Shown: positions 1 to 11,100 of the stretch, piece by piece | Position numbering within the stretch: position 1 is the first letter of the stretch | Layout of the letters: each line of letters begins with the position of its first letter | Source of the DNA: Candidatus Woesearchaeota archaeon | GTDB taxonomy: Archaea; Nanobdellota; Nanobdellia; Woesearchaeales; SKGA01 | Direction: 5' to 3' | Length of the DNA stretch: 64,000 nt | Assembly (NCBI GenBank): GCA_016926395.1 | Contig: JAFGOT010000010.1 | Location: forward strand, 4,218 to 68,217 | Program-made: the position numbers and the translations under genes | The notes under the pieces: generated by a model | Databases searched by the model: none | What the model was told of the DNA's origin: nothing | What the model saw: only the letters and a program-made list of their open reading frames with translations

Positions 1-11
1 TTTTTCTGCCA

Positions 12-1733
12 TCAGTAATCATCCTCCGATTTCCGTTTACCAGAACGCGGTTCATCACTAAGCCCGTCGTCTTCTTCATCAGGATCTTCATCATCACTTT
101 CTTTTCCGATTTTTGCCCACTCAGCGTCATACTCAGTATTTTTAGTAGGATCAAATTCCATGGAATCTACTTGTCCCCTTTTGTGTTCAAGAATTTCTTC
201 CAGTTTCCTCATTATTTCTTCTTCATCGCCTTTGTTTAACTTCAAAAGTTCTGTCAACCCAATTGCGACATGAGTCATATATTTTTGAATGAAACTTCTT
301 TTTTTCAGTTCAGTTTTTACTTTTGCTTTCTTTGCAGTATACTTTGACAATTCTCGTCCTGCTTCTTGAAGAGCTTTTCTTATTTCATCAAGTATTTCTG
401 GGTAGTGAGCAATTGCTTCTTTACTTTCACTTGTGAAAGGAACCCAAACAGAAGATATGTGAACTAATATTGTTATAGGTCCAACTGGCAGAGAACCATT
501 TGATTGATTTAGTCCATAAGGTTTCCAGTTTATCGATTGAATTGCTTTTGTAACACCACAAGCACCTTGTTGGAATAATAATGGAACTCTATTTGCAAAA
601 CGCATAACATTAGCTTGTTTATCTTTTGGTTGATCTCCACCATATGCAAGAGCAACTTCTATCTGAAAAGGATTGCCTCTATAAACAGCCGGAGGACGCG
701 ATACTGTTGAATAAAATTCTGCATTGATTTCTTTTTTAATTCCTTTTTCAAGCAACGGTGCTGTGATTGGAGAAATACAGTCAGTTGATGGTGCATGTAT
801 TTTTACTTCTTTAATTGCTTTAACTAATTTTTCTGCATCATCATGTGTTAGTTTTTTAGGTTTTGCATTAGGTTGTATTCTTGCAATCTCGCAGACTTCT
901 TTTACAACTTTAGGACTCACTTTACTAAATTCAGTTGTTAAGAATTGCTGTAGTGTTTTTGAGTCTGTCATCTCAAGCATTTTCATAAAAACGCCAAGTT
1001 CAACTCCATAGGGATGTGGTTTTATTTCTTGAGCAGGTTCAGGAATCTGATCTGTTGCTCTTGGAAAAATAAGTTGTTCTGCTTTTGGATTTGTATAAAT
1101 TATTGTTACATGTGGATTAACAACTGCCGTTTCTTTTAAGTACTCGTCAACACTTTGTGCTCCTTTTTGGTAGCTTCCTTCTAAATCTATTTGAATTTTT
1201 GTTCCGTGATCTTTATTCCACTCTCGTTCTCCATCGCTAACTATTTCTGCTCTGTTTTTTGCAGTGTCTATTTTTAACTCACATTGATATGCAGGTCTAT
1301 CAGGATGAATTTTTGAAATTATTTTTGCTGCTCGACCAGTTGTTAATTGGCCATACATTACACTTGCACTAATTCCAATACCTTGCTGACCTCGAGATTG
1401 TTTTAAACTATGAAATTTACTTCCATAAAGAAGTCTTGCAAAAATATGAGGAACTTGTTCTTTTACTATTCCAGGACCATTATCTTCAATTATTACTCTA
1501 TATCGGTCATTTCCCATCTCGATTATTTCTACAGCTATTTCTGGAGAGATGTTTGCTTCCTCACACGCGTCAAGAGAGTTGTCAACTGCTTCTTTTATTG
1601 TAGTCAGTAATGATTTTCTTTTGTTATCAAAGCCAAGAAGATGACGGTTTTTTGCGAAAAACTCAGCTACCCCTATATCTCTTTGCTTAGTTGCTAATTC
1701 CTCTGCTTTTATGTTTGAAGAAATTTTATTCAA
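12..1733 (-). CDS. top6B: DNA topoisomerase VI subunit B
   Basis: 573-aa ORF with '[15 protein letters not shown]' and the Bergerat-fold ATPase motifs '[12 protein letters not shown]', 'IEDNGPGI', 'GQQGIGIS'. There is no in-frame ATG at the 5' end; candidates are TTG at 1733 (GGAGG directly upstream) or in-frame ATT at 1724. Its TGA (14..12) overlaps an ATG (12..10) of another minus-strand gene leaving the window, where top6A would be expected. Confidence 0.9.
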   Translation of the reverse strand: MNKISSNIKAEELATKQRDIGVAEFFAKNRHLLGFDNKRKSLLTTIKEAVDNSLDACEEANISPEIAVEIIEMGNDRYRVIIEDNGPGIVKEQVPHIFARLLYGSKFHSLKQSRGQQGIGISASVMYGQLTTGRAAKIISKIHPDRPAYQCELKIDTAKNRAEIVSDGEREWNKDHGTKIQIDLEGSYQKGAQSVDEYLKETAVVNPHVTIIYTNPKAEQLIFPRATDQIPEPAQEIKPHPYGVELGVFMKMLEMTDSKTLQQFLTTEFSKVSPKVVKEVCEIARIQPNAKPKKLTHDDAEKLVKAIKEVKIHAPSTDCISPITAPLLEKGIKKEINAEFYSTVSRPPAVYRGNPFQIEVALAYGGDQPKDKQANVMRFANRVPLLFQQGACGVTKAIQSINWKPYGLNQSNGSLPVGPITILVHISSVWVPFTSESKEAIAHYPEILDEIRKALQEAGRELSKYTAKKAKVKTELKKRSFIQKYMTHVAIGLTELLKLNKGDEEEIMRKLEEILEHKRGQVDSMEFDPTKNTEYDAEWAKIGKESDDEDPDEEDDGLSDEPRSGKRKSEDDY

Positions 1734-1909
1734 CCTCCATTTTTGCCTTTTTCACACTTTTCTTAGAAAACATTTCAAATCTAGGTACCAAAAAATTGCT
1801 TTTAAAGGTATCGATTTTAACATTTGAATATCTTCAAATAAGTCAAATTCACTTTTAAATCAGACATAATTTATTTAAAGTTAAATCAATTTGTCTATTA
1901 ATACAAAAA

Positions 1910-3013
1910 ATGGTTTTTTCAATATTTAAAACTAAAAAAGAGACCGTAACAGAGCAAACTAGACCTGTAAATATTAAAGAACTAGAAAGAAAATTAAGAA
2001 TTAAATTCCCAAAAGTCTATGATTTAACCCAAGAGGAAGTCAGTAAACTTAAAGAAGAACAAAGGATTTATGAGGAAAGTCTAAATCCAAAAACACAAGC
2101 AAATACCCCTTCTTTGAATAATTATAGTCATAAAATTCCAGAAGAAACAACAAAGCTTGCTTCTATAGAAGACTCTTCTTCAAATTATATGAACAAACCA
2201 AGCATAGAAGAATATAAAGAAATTATGAGAATTAGAAATGAAGCGAAAAACAATGGTTGGTCAAAAGAAGAACAGAAAGATTGGGAACAACTATTAGTTA
2301 AAGAAGATGAGCATAATAAAAAAACCAAAGTTGGACAAATTCTATCTGGTTTAAAGTTACACTCAGAAAATAACTCTGCAAACTTAGATCAATTATTAGA
2401 TAAAAGGTCTCAACCAATTATGGATAAACTTGAATTTTTTGGAGTTCCAAGAATAACTGTTGGTACTGAAATGTATCACAAGTTAGCTACATATCAATCA
2501 TTTACAATTAATGAAAAATCAGACAAGCCTATTGAAGAGAAAGAATCTATTTTCTATGAATTTGTTAAGCATAACGCTAACGGACAAAAATCTTTGCTAG
2601 ATATAGTATCTGATTTTGAATCAACAATAAATATTCTTACAACCAGTTTTGAAAAAATATTAGAATTAGAAGAAAGTTATGTTCCAAATAAAGTAAAGGG
2701 AAATTATAAAAAAAGACAAGAGGCATTTGAAAAGTCTAAAAAATATATTATAGATAATAATTTAGAAAATGGCTTTATTATTCTTGACGAATACAAAGCC
2801 AAAACACATCGTGTGAAAAAGGATGGCTCTCACTCTTATCGTAAAATGCCTGGCACAATAATTAAACTTAGAAAAAGAACCAATCCTGATGAAATACTTG
2901 CAAAAAAATTTAACAATGACAAAACAAACGGTAACGGTTTAGATTTATCTTTTTGTAATTCAACGCAAGATATTACTAATTTAATGCATTTAAATTATAT
3001 GTTTAAAAATTAA
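1910..3013 (+). CDS. hypothetical soluble Lys/Glu-rich protein
   Basis: 367-aa ORF with ATG start and coding-like composition. No hydrophobic segment and no motif I recognise. Divergent from top6B. Confidence 0.5.
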   Translation: MVFSIFKTKKETVTEQTRPVNIKELERKLRIKFPKVYDLTQEEVSKLKEEQRIYEESLNPKTQANTPSLNNYSHKIPEETTKLASIEDSSSNYMNKPSIEEYKEIMRIRNEAKNNGWSKEEQKDWEQLLVKEDEHNKKTKVGQILSGLKLHSENNSANLDQLLDKRSQPIMDKLEFFGVPRITVGTEMYHKLATYQSFTINEKSDKPIEEKESIFYEFVKHNANGQKSLLDIVSDFESTINILTTSFEKILELEESYVPNKVKGNYKKRQEAFEKSKKYIIDNNLENGFIILDEYKAKTHRVKKDGSHSYRKMPGTIIKLRKRTNPDEILAKKFNNDKTNGNGLDLSFCNSTQDITNLMHLNYMFKN

Positions 3014-4384
3014 TCAAATCATATCATTTATACTAAAGTCATTTAAGTTAGGATCTTTGTTTTGAACTTCTTCTTCAGTTGGTCTTTGAGCTTCATAATC
3101 TGGAACTCCAAGATAATCCTTTAGTCCTTCTTGATTGTCGTTTTCCATGTAACCTTTTATTTTTGATAATTGCGTAAATTGATTACATAATTGGACGTTT
3201 TCAGGCAAGGTAATCTCTGAACACAAATCACTATCTCCAAGCATTACAAAATTCATATAACAATCTTCTTTCCTATCTTTGGTTTCGATTAGATTACAAA
3301 TTTCTGATTCTTGATTTTGTTGTGCTACAGTGTAATAACACTCTGTTTTCAATGCATTATCACTTATTGCAGTACAATAACTCAATGCTTCATCTTTGCT
3401 GTTTTGATTTATTGCATAATCAAATAAGTCTTCATCATCTCTTCCTTTTGCATCTGCTGCTTTTGGTTTTTCAACTTGAGTATTTGGTTTATTTTCTGTC
3501 GTGTCATGATTTTTGGTGGTTGTTTCTGGTGGGTTTGTTTCTTTTGGCTCGTCAGGAACTTTTGGAACTATATCTTCAGGGTTTGCTTGATAACTAAAAC
3601 TAAAAGAAGATTCAGCATATTTTCCACCATAAGTAGCGCTTACTTCTAATCTATACAAACCTGATTCGTAACCGTCCAAGTCAATTCTCTCAATCCATTC
3701 TTTTGACGTATCAAATGATTTTGTATTTTCAATTTTATCAACTATTTTACTATCGCCATCACGTATGATATAATCTACAAATACATCAACCTCTCCATTT
3801 TCTCCTTGATTGATTAGTTCTACAGAAAAACTTAATGGCTCGCCTTCTTTGATTTGTTTTTTTATAGGGGTTGCAGTTACATCAAGAAGTTTATTTGAAC
3901 TTCCAGAACCAAACAATAAATCTTGTGCAAAATAATATCCACCGCCAACAATTAAAGCCACAATTATTAACATCATTCCAAGTTTGGCAATTGAAGAACC
4001 TGAAATGGAATGCTCATGCAAAATAGAAGATTGCATGTTGCCTTGGTAATATTGGGTGTTAATTTGAGAAAGTACTTCTTTTAACATTTTAGGGTCATAA
4101 CCTTGACCTTTAAGATATTCAAATAATTGATCCGGTTGATACCCTTGTTGTAGGTAAGTTAGAACGTAAGAAGTAAGTTGTGTTCTTATTGCATCTTGAG
4201 AAACTTGCGTTTGAGCAACGTTTTGAGCTTGTGTTTGAGGAGCTTGTTGTCCTTGATTTAATTCTGTTAAAGCGTTGTCAACATCGTTTGAATTATATCC
4301 TTGTTGAATTAAATATTGTTTAATCTGCGAACTAGTGTAACCATTTTTTAACTGTGCTTCTATATATTGTGCAAGCGGCGTCAT
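3014..4384 (-). CDS. single-pass membrane protein: two N-terminal cytoplasmic 'GY' helical repeats, TM helix, extracellular beta-rich and Cys-rich region
   Basis: 456-aa ORF. Repeats are 'YIEAQLKNGYTSSQIKQYLIQQGYNSNDVDNAL' and 'YVLTYLQQGYQPDQLFEYLKGQGYDPKMLKEVL'. TM helix is 'IAKLGMMLIIVALIVGGGYYFA'. Start overlaps the upstream gene's stop by 4 nt (4381-4384). Confidence 0.6.
   Translation of the reverse strand: MTPLAQYIEAQLKNGYTSSQIKQYLIQQGYNSNDVDNALTELNQGQQAPQTQAQNVAQTQVSQDAIRTQLTSYVLTYLQQGYQPDQLFEYLKGQGYDPKMLKEVLSQINTQYYQGNMQSSILHEHSISGSSIAKLGMMLIIVALIVGGGYYFAQDLLFGSGSSNKLLDVTATPIKKQIKEGEPLSFSVELINQGENGEVDVFVDYIIRDGDSKIVDKIENTKSFDTSKEWIERIDLDGYESGLYRLEVSATYGGKYAESSFSFSYQANPEDIVPKVPDEPKETNPPETTTKNHDTTENKPNTQVEKPKAADAKGRDDEDLFDYAINQNSKDEALSYCTAISDNALKTECYYTVAQQNQESEICNLIETKDRKEDCYMNFVMLGDSDLCSEITLPENVQLCNQFTQLSKIKGYMENDNQEGLKDYLGVPDYEAQRPTEEEVQNKDPNLNDFSINDMI
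4055..4384 (-). repeat. protein-level tandem 'GY' helical repeat (2 copies); a third copy is at 56543..56665
   Basis: By-eye alignment pattern: Y-[IV]-x3-L-[KQR]-x-G-Y-x3-Q-[IL]-x2-[YL]-L-x3-G-Y-[ND]-x3-[VLI]. Confidence 0.55.
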
Positions 4385-6798
4385 TGTTCTGTTTCATTTA
4401 ATTCCACAAATTTTGGTAGCAAATCTGCTCTATATTGTTTTGTTATTTCACCTAATTTTCCAAGGTTTTGTAATGAATCAATATTTACAGGAGGCGGGAA
4501 TTTGAACAGCGTTATAACCAATTCATTACTAGTGTTGCAAAGGTCACTTCTCGATAGCGCCCACGGCAAGTCTTCACTAAATTCTAGACCTCCCCAAGTT
4601 GCAGGTTTTATTTCAATTGGATCATCAGGAATATATTCTTCTTCTTCAGACATAAACCAACAATCAATACCATCACACACTTTTTTACTATCTTCTGGAA
4701 CTACAACACCATTCGAATCAATTAACATTCCATTAATCAAATATTTTCCAGAGACTAAATCAACATTTTGAATTGCTGTAGAATTATTTGCAAGTATAAA
4801 TTGTGAATAAGGTGACAAATCACCCTCTTTAGTGATTTTTGTGAAAAATATTACTGCTTGTTCACTTGGAGTAATGTTTCTAAGAACGGTTATTTCTACA
4901 TAATCTGTTTCAGATATATCTACACCAAACAAACCTGCAACATATTCATTCGTCATTCCTTCAATCCCGTCTTCATTATACCACCAATTATCTTCACTAT
5001 ATGCTGAACCGCCATTTTTATCAATAATTATTTTTTCTAAAACTTGAATCTTGACTTTTTTATTTACAATCTTATTCATACCATATGAACCAAAGTCTTG
5101 TTCTTGACCTTCATATGTTGATAAAGGAACATAAGTATCTTGATAACCTTCTTTTTTTAGTACTAAGTAACCATTGTTAAATACAGGCAATTGTGAGTTA
5201 AATACTGCATTTCCATAAACATCAAATTGAGTCATTCCTATTCTTTTTTGTGCATAATCTGATACTCCTGCCGAAACAAACACATCACCAAGTGGTTGAC
5301 CATTACAAGTATCGTATGCAGAAATAGTAACGTTTCCAGATGTGTAAAGTGTAGGATCGGAAAACATTTTTTTTACAGGATCATAACCTACAATCTCTCC
5401 TGGTTTTGTTGTTTGTGAAACAGAGTCTCCAGGATTAGTATATTTTATCATGTTAGGATCCCATTCAATTGGGCCTTTATTATTTTGATAATCTTGATTA
5501 TTCAAATTATTTCTAACGTTTGCTTCCATCCCAAATAAAAACGAGTAAGTGCTTCCATCAGGCAAACCATCATCCACTAATTCTACCACAACAGGATAAG
5601 TTACATCATAAAAGAAATTATAATATGTGTCTGATTCTGGAGCTCTCATAATAAAACCATCTAACTCTTCAGGTATTATTGTAATTATTTCTCCCGAACT
5701 TGTTGGTGAAGTGACTTTAGAATAAATATCCCAATCTAAAAATATGTGATTTATTGATAAATTATCTTTTGGAGCTACAATCGTCGATAAAATAAATGAA
5801 TTGTAAAATTCTTTTTCTTGTTCTGACATCTTAGGATCATCTAAATACCAAGCATTATCAGTATCTTCAAACCTAAATAAAGGAACGTAGGAATCAAGTA
5901 AACTTCTAAGTTGATTGTTTATTTGCATTTGTGTCCAAACAATAGCGCTGTTATCATTTGTATACATACTTAAAGGAGGTAAAGAACTTGAATCTATTCG
6001 TCCATAATAGCTTGCTAAGTGAACAACTAAATTTTCTAAGTATTGAGAATTGTATTCTTGGTATAAAATTAGTGACGCTTTAGTTAAGTATTCTAATAAT
6101 GGAACAGGATCTCTAACAATAAATTTTTCAAATTCTTGAGTTTGACCGTCTTTTTCCAAAACTAGTCTCATCGTTGTTTTTACTGCCACATCATCTTCAG
6201 TTAAAAGTGCTTGTGAACTTGGTTTCTCATATTCAATAACATCAAATCCTAAATTAGATAATGCTGAAAAATTATTCAAACAAGTATCTAAGTTATCATC
6301 AACATATTTTTCTATTTGCCATTGAACTTCAGATGCAGTTGGAACTGTTAACTCAACATCTAAAAAGTCTTTTTCAACACTTGATTTTGATTTTATCCAA
6401 TAAGGAACAAACGTTGAGTCATCAGATCCTAAAAGAACTCCGTCATTATTTCCTGTCTGTCCTTTATTGTAGCTAAAAAACCCTTCATACTCAGGGTTAA
6501 ATGGGTCTATATAACCCCCATGAGATCCTATTAAATTTAGTGCTTCTCTAGACACTTGTCCCATACATAATTCTACATAATCTTGAACTGGCTTAAATGA
6601 AGGTTTAGCAGAGGTCACGTCTTTTGCAAAATCATCCACGGCCACGGATTGATTATTTTGAGTGAAAAAAAAGAATCCTGCTCCAACTAATAAAACAATT
6701 CCTATGATTACAAATATAGTTACCTGTGCTTTTCTACCACGTGGAAATACACAACCAAGGGCATTATTTTTTTGTTTGCAAGCTTTCTCTTCTGTCAT
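4381..6798 (-). CDS. large N-terminally anchored extracellular protein (possible class III / pilin-like signal)
   Basis: 805-aa ORF. N-terminus is 'PRGRKAQVTIFVIIGIVLLVGAGFFFF': a basic stretch, then A-Q, then a hydrophobic helix. The rest is hydrophilic and beta-rich with no family I recognise. Start ATG shares its last base with the upstream gene's stop (6798). Confidence 0.6.
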   Translation of the reverse strand: MTEEKACKQKNNALGCVFPRGRKAQVTIFVIIGIVLLVGAGFFFFTQNNQSVAVDDFAKDVTSAKPSFKPVQDYVELCMGQVSREALNLIGSHGGYIDPFNPEYEGFFSYNKGQTGNNDGVLLGSDDSTFVPYWIKSKSSVEKDFLDVELTVPTASEVQWQIEKYVDDNLDTCLNNFSALSNLGFDVIEYEKPSSQALLTEDDVAVKTTMRLVLEKDGQTQEFEKFIVRDPVPLLEYLTKASLILYQEYNSQYLENLVVHLASYYGRIDSSSLPPLSMYTNDNSAIVWTQMQINNQLRSLLDSYVPLFRFEDTDNAWYLDDPKMSEQEKEFYNSFILSTIVAPKDNLSINHIFLDWDIYSKVTSPTSSGEIITIIPEELDGFIMRAPESDTYYNFFYDVTYPVVVELVDDGLPDGSTYSFLFGMEANVRNNLNNQDYQNNKGPIEWDPNMIKYTNPGDSVSQTTKPGEIVGYDPVKKMFSDPTLYTSGNVTISAYDTCNGQPLGDVFVSAGVSDYAQKRIGMTQFDVYGNAVFNSQLPVFNNGYLVLKKEGYQDTYVPLSTYEGQEQDFGSYGMNKIVNKKVKIQVLEKIIIDKNGGSAYSEDNWWYNEDGIEGMTNEYVAGLFGVDISETDYVEITVLRNITPSEQAVIFFTKITKEGDLSPYSQFILANNSTAIQNVDLVSGKYLINGMLIDSNGVVVPEDSKKVCDGIDCWFMSEEEEYIPDDPIEIKPATWGGLEFSEDLPWALSRSDLCNTSNELVITLFKFPPPVNIDSLQNLGKLGEITKQYRADLLPKFVELNETEQ

Positions 6799-7586
6799 TA
6801 TTTCACATCCTCAAAATGATTTATTATCAAATATAATATTGATTCTCGTTTTACGTACATTAAGAAAAATAACATCAAGAAGATTACTAAGCTTACTGTT
6901 GAACTTATTAGAGATAAAAATGCAGACAGCACAAAGATTATCAAAAGTGACACGCTAAAAATTAGCGATATAATTATGTTAAATAATAAATGTTCAAGAA
7001 ATAAAGATAGAAAATGTTTTTTCTTAAACAAAAATCTTGTTTCGTACGAATAATTAAGACTTTCAAGTATTAAAAATATTAAGAACCAAAGTAACATTAC
7101 AAACACCGGATCCGTAAATATCACCAGAGTTAGACCAATTAACAACATCAGTAAAAGCAAGAACAAAAAGTTAGATACAGTTACTCTTAACAATTGTGCT
7201 GAAGGTAGTTTTTTCTTAAAGAATATTTTTTGAAGCATCACAGTTCTGGTTCCTCTTAAGAAACCATAAAAAATTGCAAAAACGACCAATATAACTGAAG
7301 ATCCTAAAAATGCATTCTTTAGTGCATCATAAAAAGCAATTAACATCGTTCCTTGTGCAGGACTTATTTGACCATTTTGTTGATATGTTGCTTTAAACTC
7401 ATAAAGTGCAGGATTATAATCATTAAAGAAAGATAGTTTTCCAAATATTACAGATAATAAAAATAAGCCTACAAAAAAGAACAAGAATAAATAAATTAGA
7501 TTCATTCCAACTAATTTTAATCCATCATTCTTTGTATGACTAAACAAGTCTTTTTTCAGCTCACCAAAATATTTTATTAAGTTCAT
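6798..7586 (-). CDS. polytopic membrane protein (about six hydrophobic segments)
   Basis: 262-aa ORF, very Leu/Phe/Ile-rich. 4-nt start/stop overlap with the upstream gene (7583-7586). Confidence 0.55.
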   Translation of the reverse strand: MNLIKYFGELKKDLFSHTKNDGLKLVGMNLIYLFLFFFVGLFLLSVIFGKLSFFNDYNPALYEFKATYQQNGQISPAQGTMLIAFYDALKNAFLGSSVILVVFAIFYGFLRGTRTVMLQKIFFKKKLPSAQLLRVTVSNFLFLLLLMLLIGLTLVIFTDPVFVMLLWFLIFLILESLNYSYETRFLFKKKHFLSLFLEHLLFNIIISLIFSVSLLIIFVLSAFLSLISSTVSLVIFLMLFFLMYVKRESILYLIINHFEDVK

Positions 7587-8134
7587 TCTTCTTTCTTTAC
7601 AAAATTAACTTTCAAAGTTCCTTCTCCAAAGTTAAGTTCTGCTCTTTCATATTTTTTTACATCAATAAATGCGTGGTAAAATCCCCTTCCTTCAAACTGA
7701 GCCATCTCTGTTGGTTCGATTATCACTTTACCCACGTCATTTTCATCATAAACAGTTAATGAGAAAGTTATATCTTCAGTTGTTGGTTGTAAGTACCATG
7801 CAAGTTCATGATAATAATCACCATAATTATCTTTTATTGTTGCTTGAAGAGTTGCTGTAGTTCCATACGCAAAATTCTGGCTACTAAAAGAGTTGCCATT
7901 AGATATTTCTCCTGTCAGGTCAGAAGATAATTTTCTTGAACATCTTTCTATTTCCCAGTCTTCAACAGGTCGCCATCCAGTTTCTGCAAAATAACTATTA
8001 CTTACAGGATCAGCCATTCCATCAACTCTATAGCTGTAAGTTAAATCTGCACTGTCAACAGAAGAAGCTCCCATTATAATTCCAACTATTGCAACAAAAA
8101 GTAACGATCCAAATATTAGCACATCACTCTTCAT
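7583..8134 (-). CDS. small N-terminally anchored or secreted protein
   Basis: 183-aa ORF. N-terminal hydrophobic segment is 'VLIFGSLLFVAIVGIIMGASS'. 4-nt overlap with the upstream gene (8131-8134). Confidence 0.55.
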   Translation of the reverse strand: MKSDVLIFGSLLFVAIVGIIMGASSVDSADLTYSYRVDGMADPVSNSYFAETGWRPVEDWEIERCSRKLSSDLTGEISNGNSFSSQNFAYGTTATLQATIKDNYGDYYHELAWYLQPTTEDITFSLTVYDENDVGKVIIEPTEMAQFEGRGFYHAFIDVKKYERAELNFGEGTLKVNFVKKEE

Positions 8135-11100
8135 TCTTCAACCTCCAAAGGAATACCTGAACAGAAGTCTTCACCTTCAAGTTCTCGAAGTCCTGGTTGC
8201 CATGGATTTTGGAAATATGATTCATAATTTGCAGCGGTTAAGTAAGCACCTGTTAGGCTACAAGTAACAGATCTCCATCCTGAAGGAATGCTACATTTAC
8301 TCATCGAATCTAAAGCACTTCCCCAAAGATTATCTCCTAAGCCAAATGGCAAGTATTCTTCTGGACACATTATCTTTCTTGATGTAAGTACTACTTGGTT
8401 TGCAATTGCAAAACCACTTCCATAACCATCATCGCCTACTTCTCCCCAGAAATAGTTTTGCCATATTTTTGTAAAGAAACTATCCCAAAATCCTTCATTA
8501 GACATTGGTCCGTCATAATAAACACATTTTCCTTGATCGAAATCTATTTCACAACTAGTGATTGGAAGACCATTCTTTGCGTTTTCTTCAATACACTTAT
8601 ACTCCCTACAATTTAATTGTTTTAATTTTTCTTTTGCATAGACTATTCCTGGACCACACAAACATCCAGCAGCAAATTTTCTGTCTTCGAATGGATCCAT
8701 TCGCTCAACAATACCGCCTTCTTGTATGTCTTGTTGTCTTTGAGCAAATGCGGATTGTTCTGCTGTTAAAGAATCGTATTTTTTAGCTTGATCAACACGC
8801 TCCAATTGCCGATTTATTGTATCTAATTGAGATTCTGTCTTCCTCAAGGATTGTCTATTTTCTCTCATAGCAGTACGTTTAATTTTACCATCTTCAATAT
8901 TTTGAATCTCAGATACATCGTTCTTAATACTTTGTATGTCTTTTGAAATACTGGATTTTTCAGCATTTAAACTAGCAACATAAGAATTCAAGTTTTCGAC
9001 TGTAACTTGATTGCCACTTCCATCGACAATACCATAAGCATTCAATCCTTCTTGAAGAGTTTCTTGTTTTCCTTTTAGAGCTTCAACTTGTCGCTGTTTC
9101 GCAAAACTAAGTTCTTCCTTTTGAAGATCTACTGCTTGATCATAAATTTCTTTATCTGCTTGTAAAGAAGTCATTTTATCAGTTAATGTTTTAACTTTTG
9201 CAGGATCACCACCACAATTTTCAATTGGCTTTCCCCCACAAACACTTGCTAATTCCTTTTTTGTTGCTTCTATTTCTTCATTTACTTTTTTTAATCCATC
9301 CTCAGAACTAGCTAAATCTTTTTCAGCACTTGCAACATCATTTTTTGCCTCATCAATAGCGGCTTTGTCATTAAGACTTTTTGTTTGTTCAACATACGAA
9401 CCAACAATATTAACTGCTTGTAATACTCCTTCTGGAGAACATAAACCACAATTGTAAACCAAACAACCCAATTTTAAGAATGAATCTATTCCTACATTTA
9501 ATTTATCATTACTGGCAGTGCCCGAATCACCACCCAACATTTTTGTCAGAGAACCAATTGGATTAACTTTTGATCTTAAGCTATTTAACTTTTCGAACAA
9601 ATTTGAACATAAATTCGTCCACATAGTATCTACACCAGGAACCCAACTAAAACCAACTGCAACTCCATATACCACCGTCTCAATAGCAGATATAGTTGAA
9701 AAAACAGTGTTAAATGTGTTTGATATAGTGCATATCGTGTCAATAATATCTAAATAGGTATGCCAGTCATCAATGCTGTCTTGCAAATCATTTATCTCTC
9801 CAACAATATCAGTTAGTTTTTCTTGAGTTGCAATATCGATTGTTCCAAGTTCTTGATTAAATGTTGGCATACGCACTACTAACTCTTCGAGTTCTGGTTT
9901 TGTGTAACGCACAACTCCTCTTTTTTCATAAACTTTGATAGTGCAATTAATAGTAACTGAAGAATCTAATAATTGTTCTCGCCCACCTATTGGAACTACA
10001 AGTATCGGTTGTTTTGAATGTTCATTGATAAAATATGGTCTTCCTGCTAAATCTTTTGTTCCAACACAACCAGTCGTATCTAAATCTACAATTTCTGTGT
10101 TTTGATTTTTGAAATTAAAATCTAATGGAAGGTATGCTCTTATTGGCATAAATGTCATCATTCGTTTGTCAATTTTTTGTGTTGGATTAGAAGTTATAGA
10201 AGATAATGATTCTGGTGGAACTTGTGTTTCTGCTTCACATACTTGTATTGGAATTGTTAAGTCTTCAATTTGGTTTCCAGCTAAGTCTTTGACAGTTACT
10301 GCCAAGTCTTCTTTCTCTGCATAAGAAACAAAATTACTTAATTCTAATTTACAAACAAAGATATTTCCTTGTCTTTGACAATCATTTTGAAAGAAGTTAT
10401 CTGTTGTTATTTTTTCTGGACTCGCACTTATTCTTATTATTGGAGAAACTTCATCAGTTACATTTATTGTAAGATATGCCTTTTCTCCAGTTATTGGACA
10501 TAATACCGAAAAGTTAAGATCTGTTTTTGCAACAGGAGGATCTTGGTCAACAATCACTGTTGATGAAGATATTCCTTTTAACGGAGAACCAAGCGAATCT
10601 GTTGAAGGTGTTGTTAACGCCACTGTTTGTCGTGAACCCGAAGATATCGTTTTATCCACAGGTAAATAACCATAACAAGTGTAATAGTCGCCAGTATCAT
10701 TACAAGAAGCCATTTTAATATAACCAAGGGTTGATAACCCTGATGCCGAAACCGTTATTAAATAAGGTTTAATTTCAACATCTTGACTGGTTATGTGCAT
10801 AAATAATTTATTAGCACCACCTTTATAGTAACATGTTCCTTCAAAACAATTTTCTTTTGCATCTCTTCCAAAATAAGTAACTTCACTCAATTTTGTTTGA
10901 ATCGCAAAATGAGCAGAAATATTTTTTGTTGATACATGACCTTTGAAATCTGTTGCAGTTACTTTAATAGGAACTTCTGTTGCACCAGGATTTATTTGTA
11001 CGCCTTCAAACACGCACTCATACATTAATCCTTGTTTTGTACATCTTGCAGTTCTAGAACTGTCTTGGCTTTTTAATTCTGGATCTCTTGACAGCGAAGA

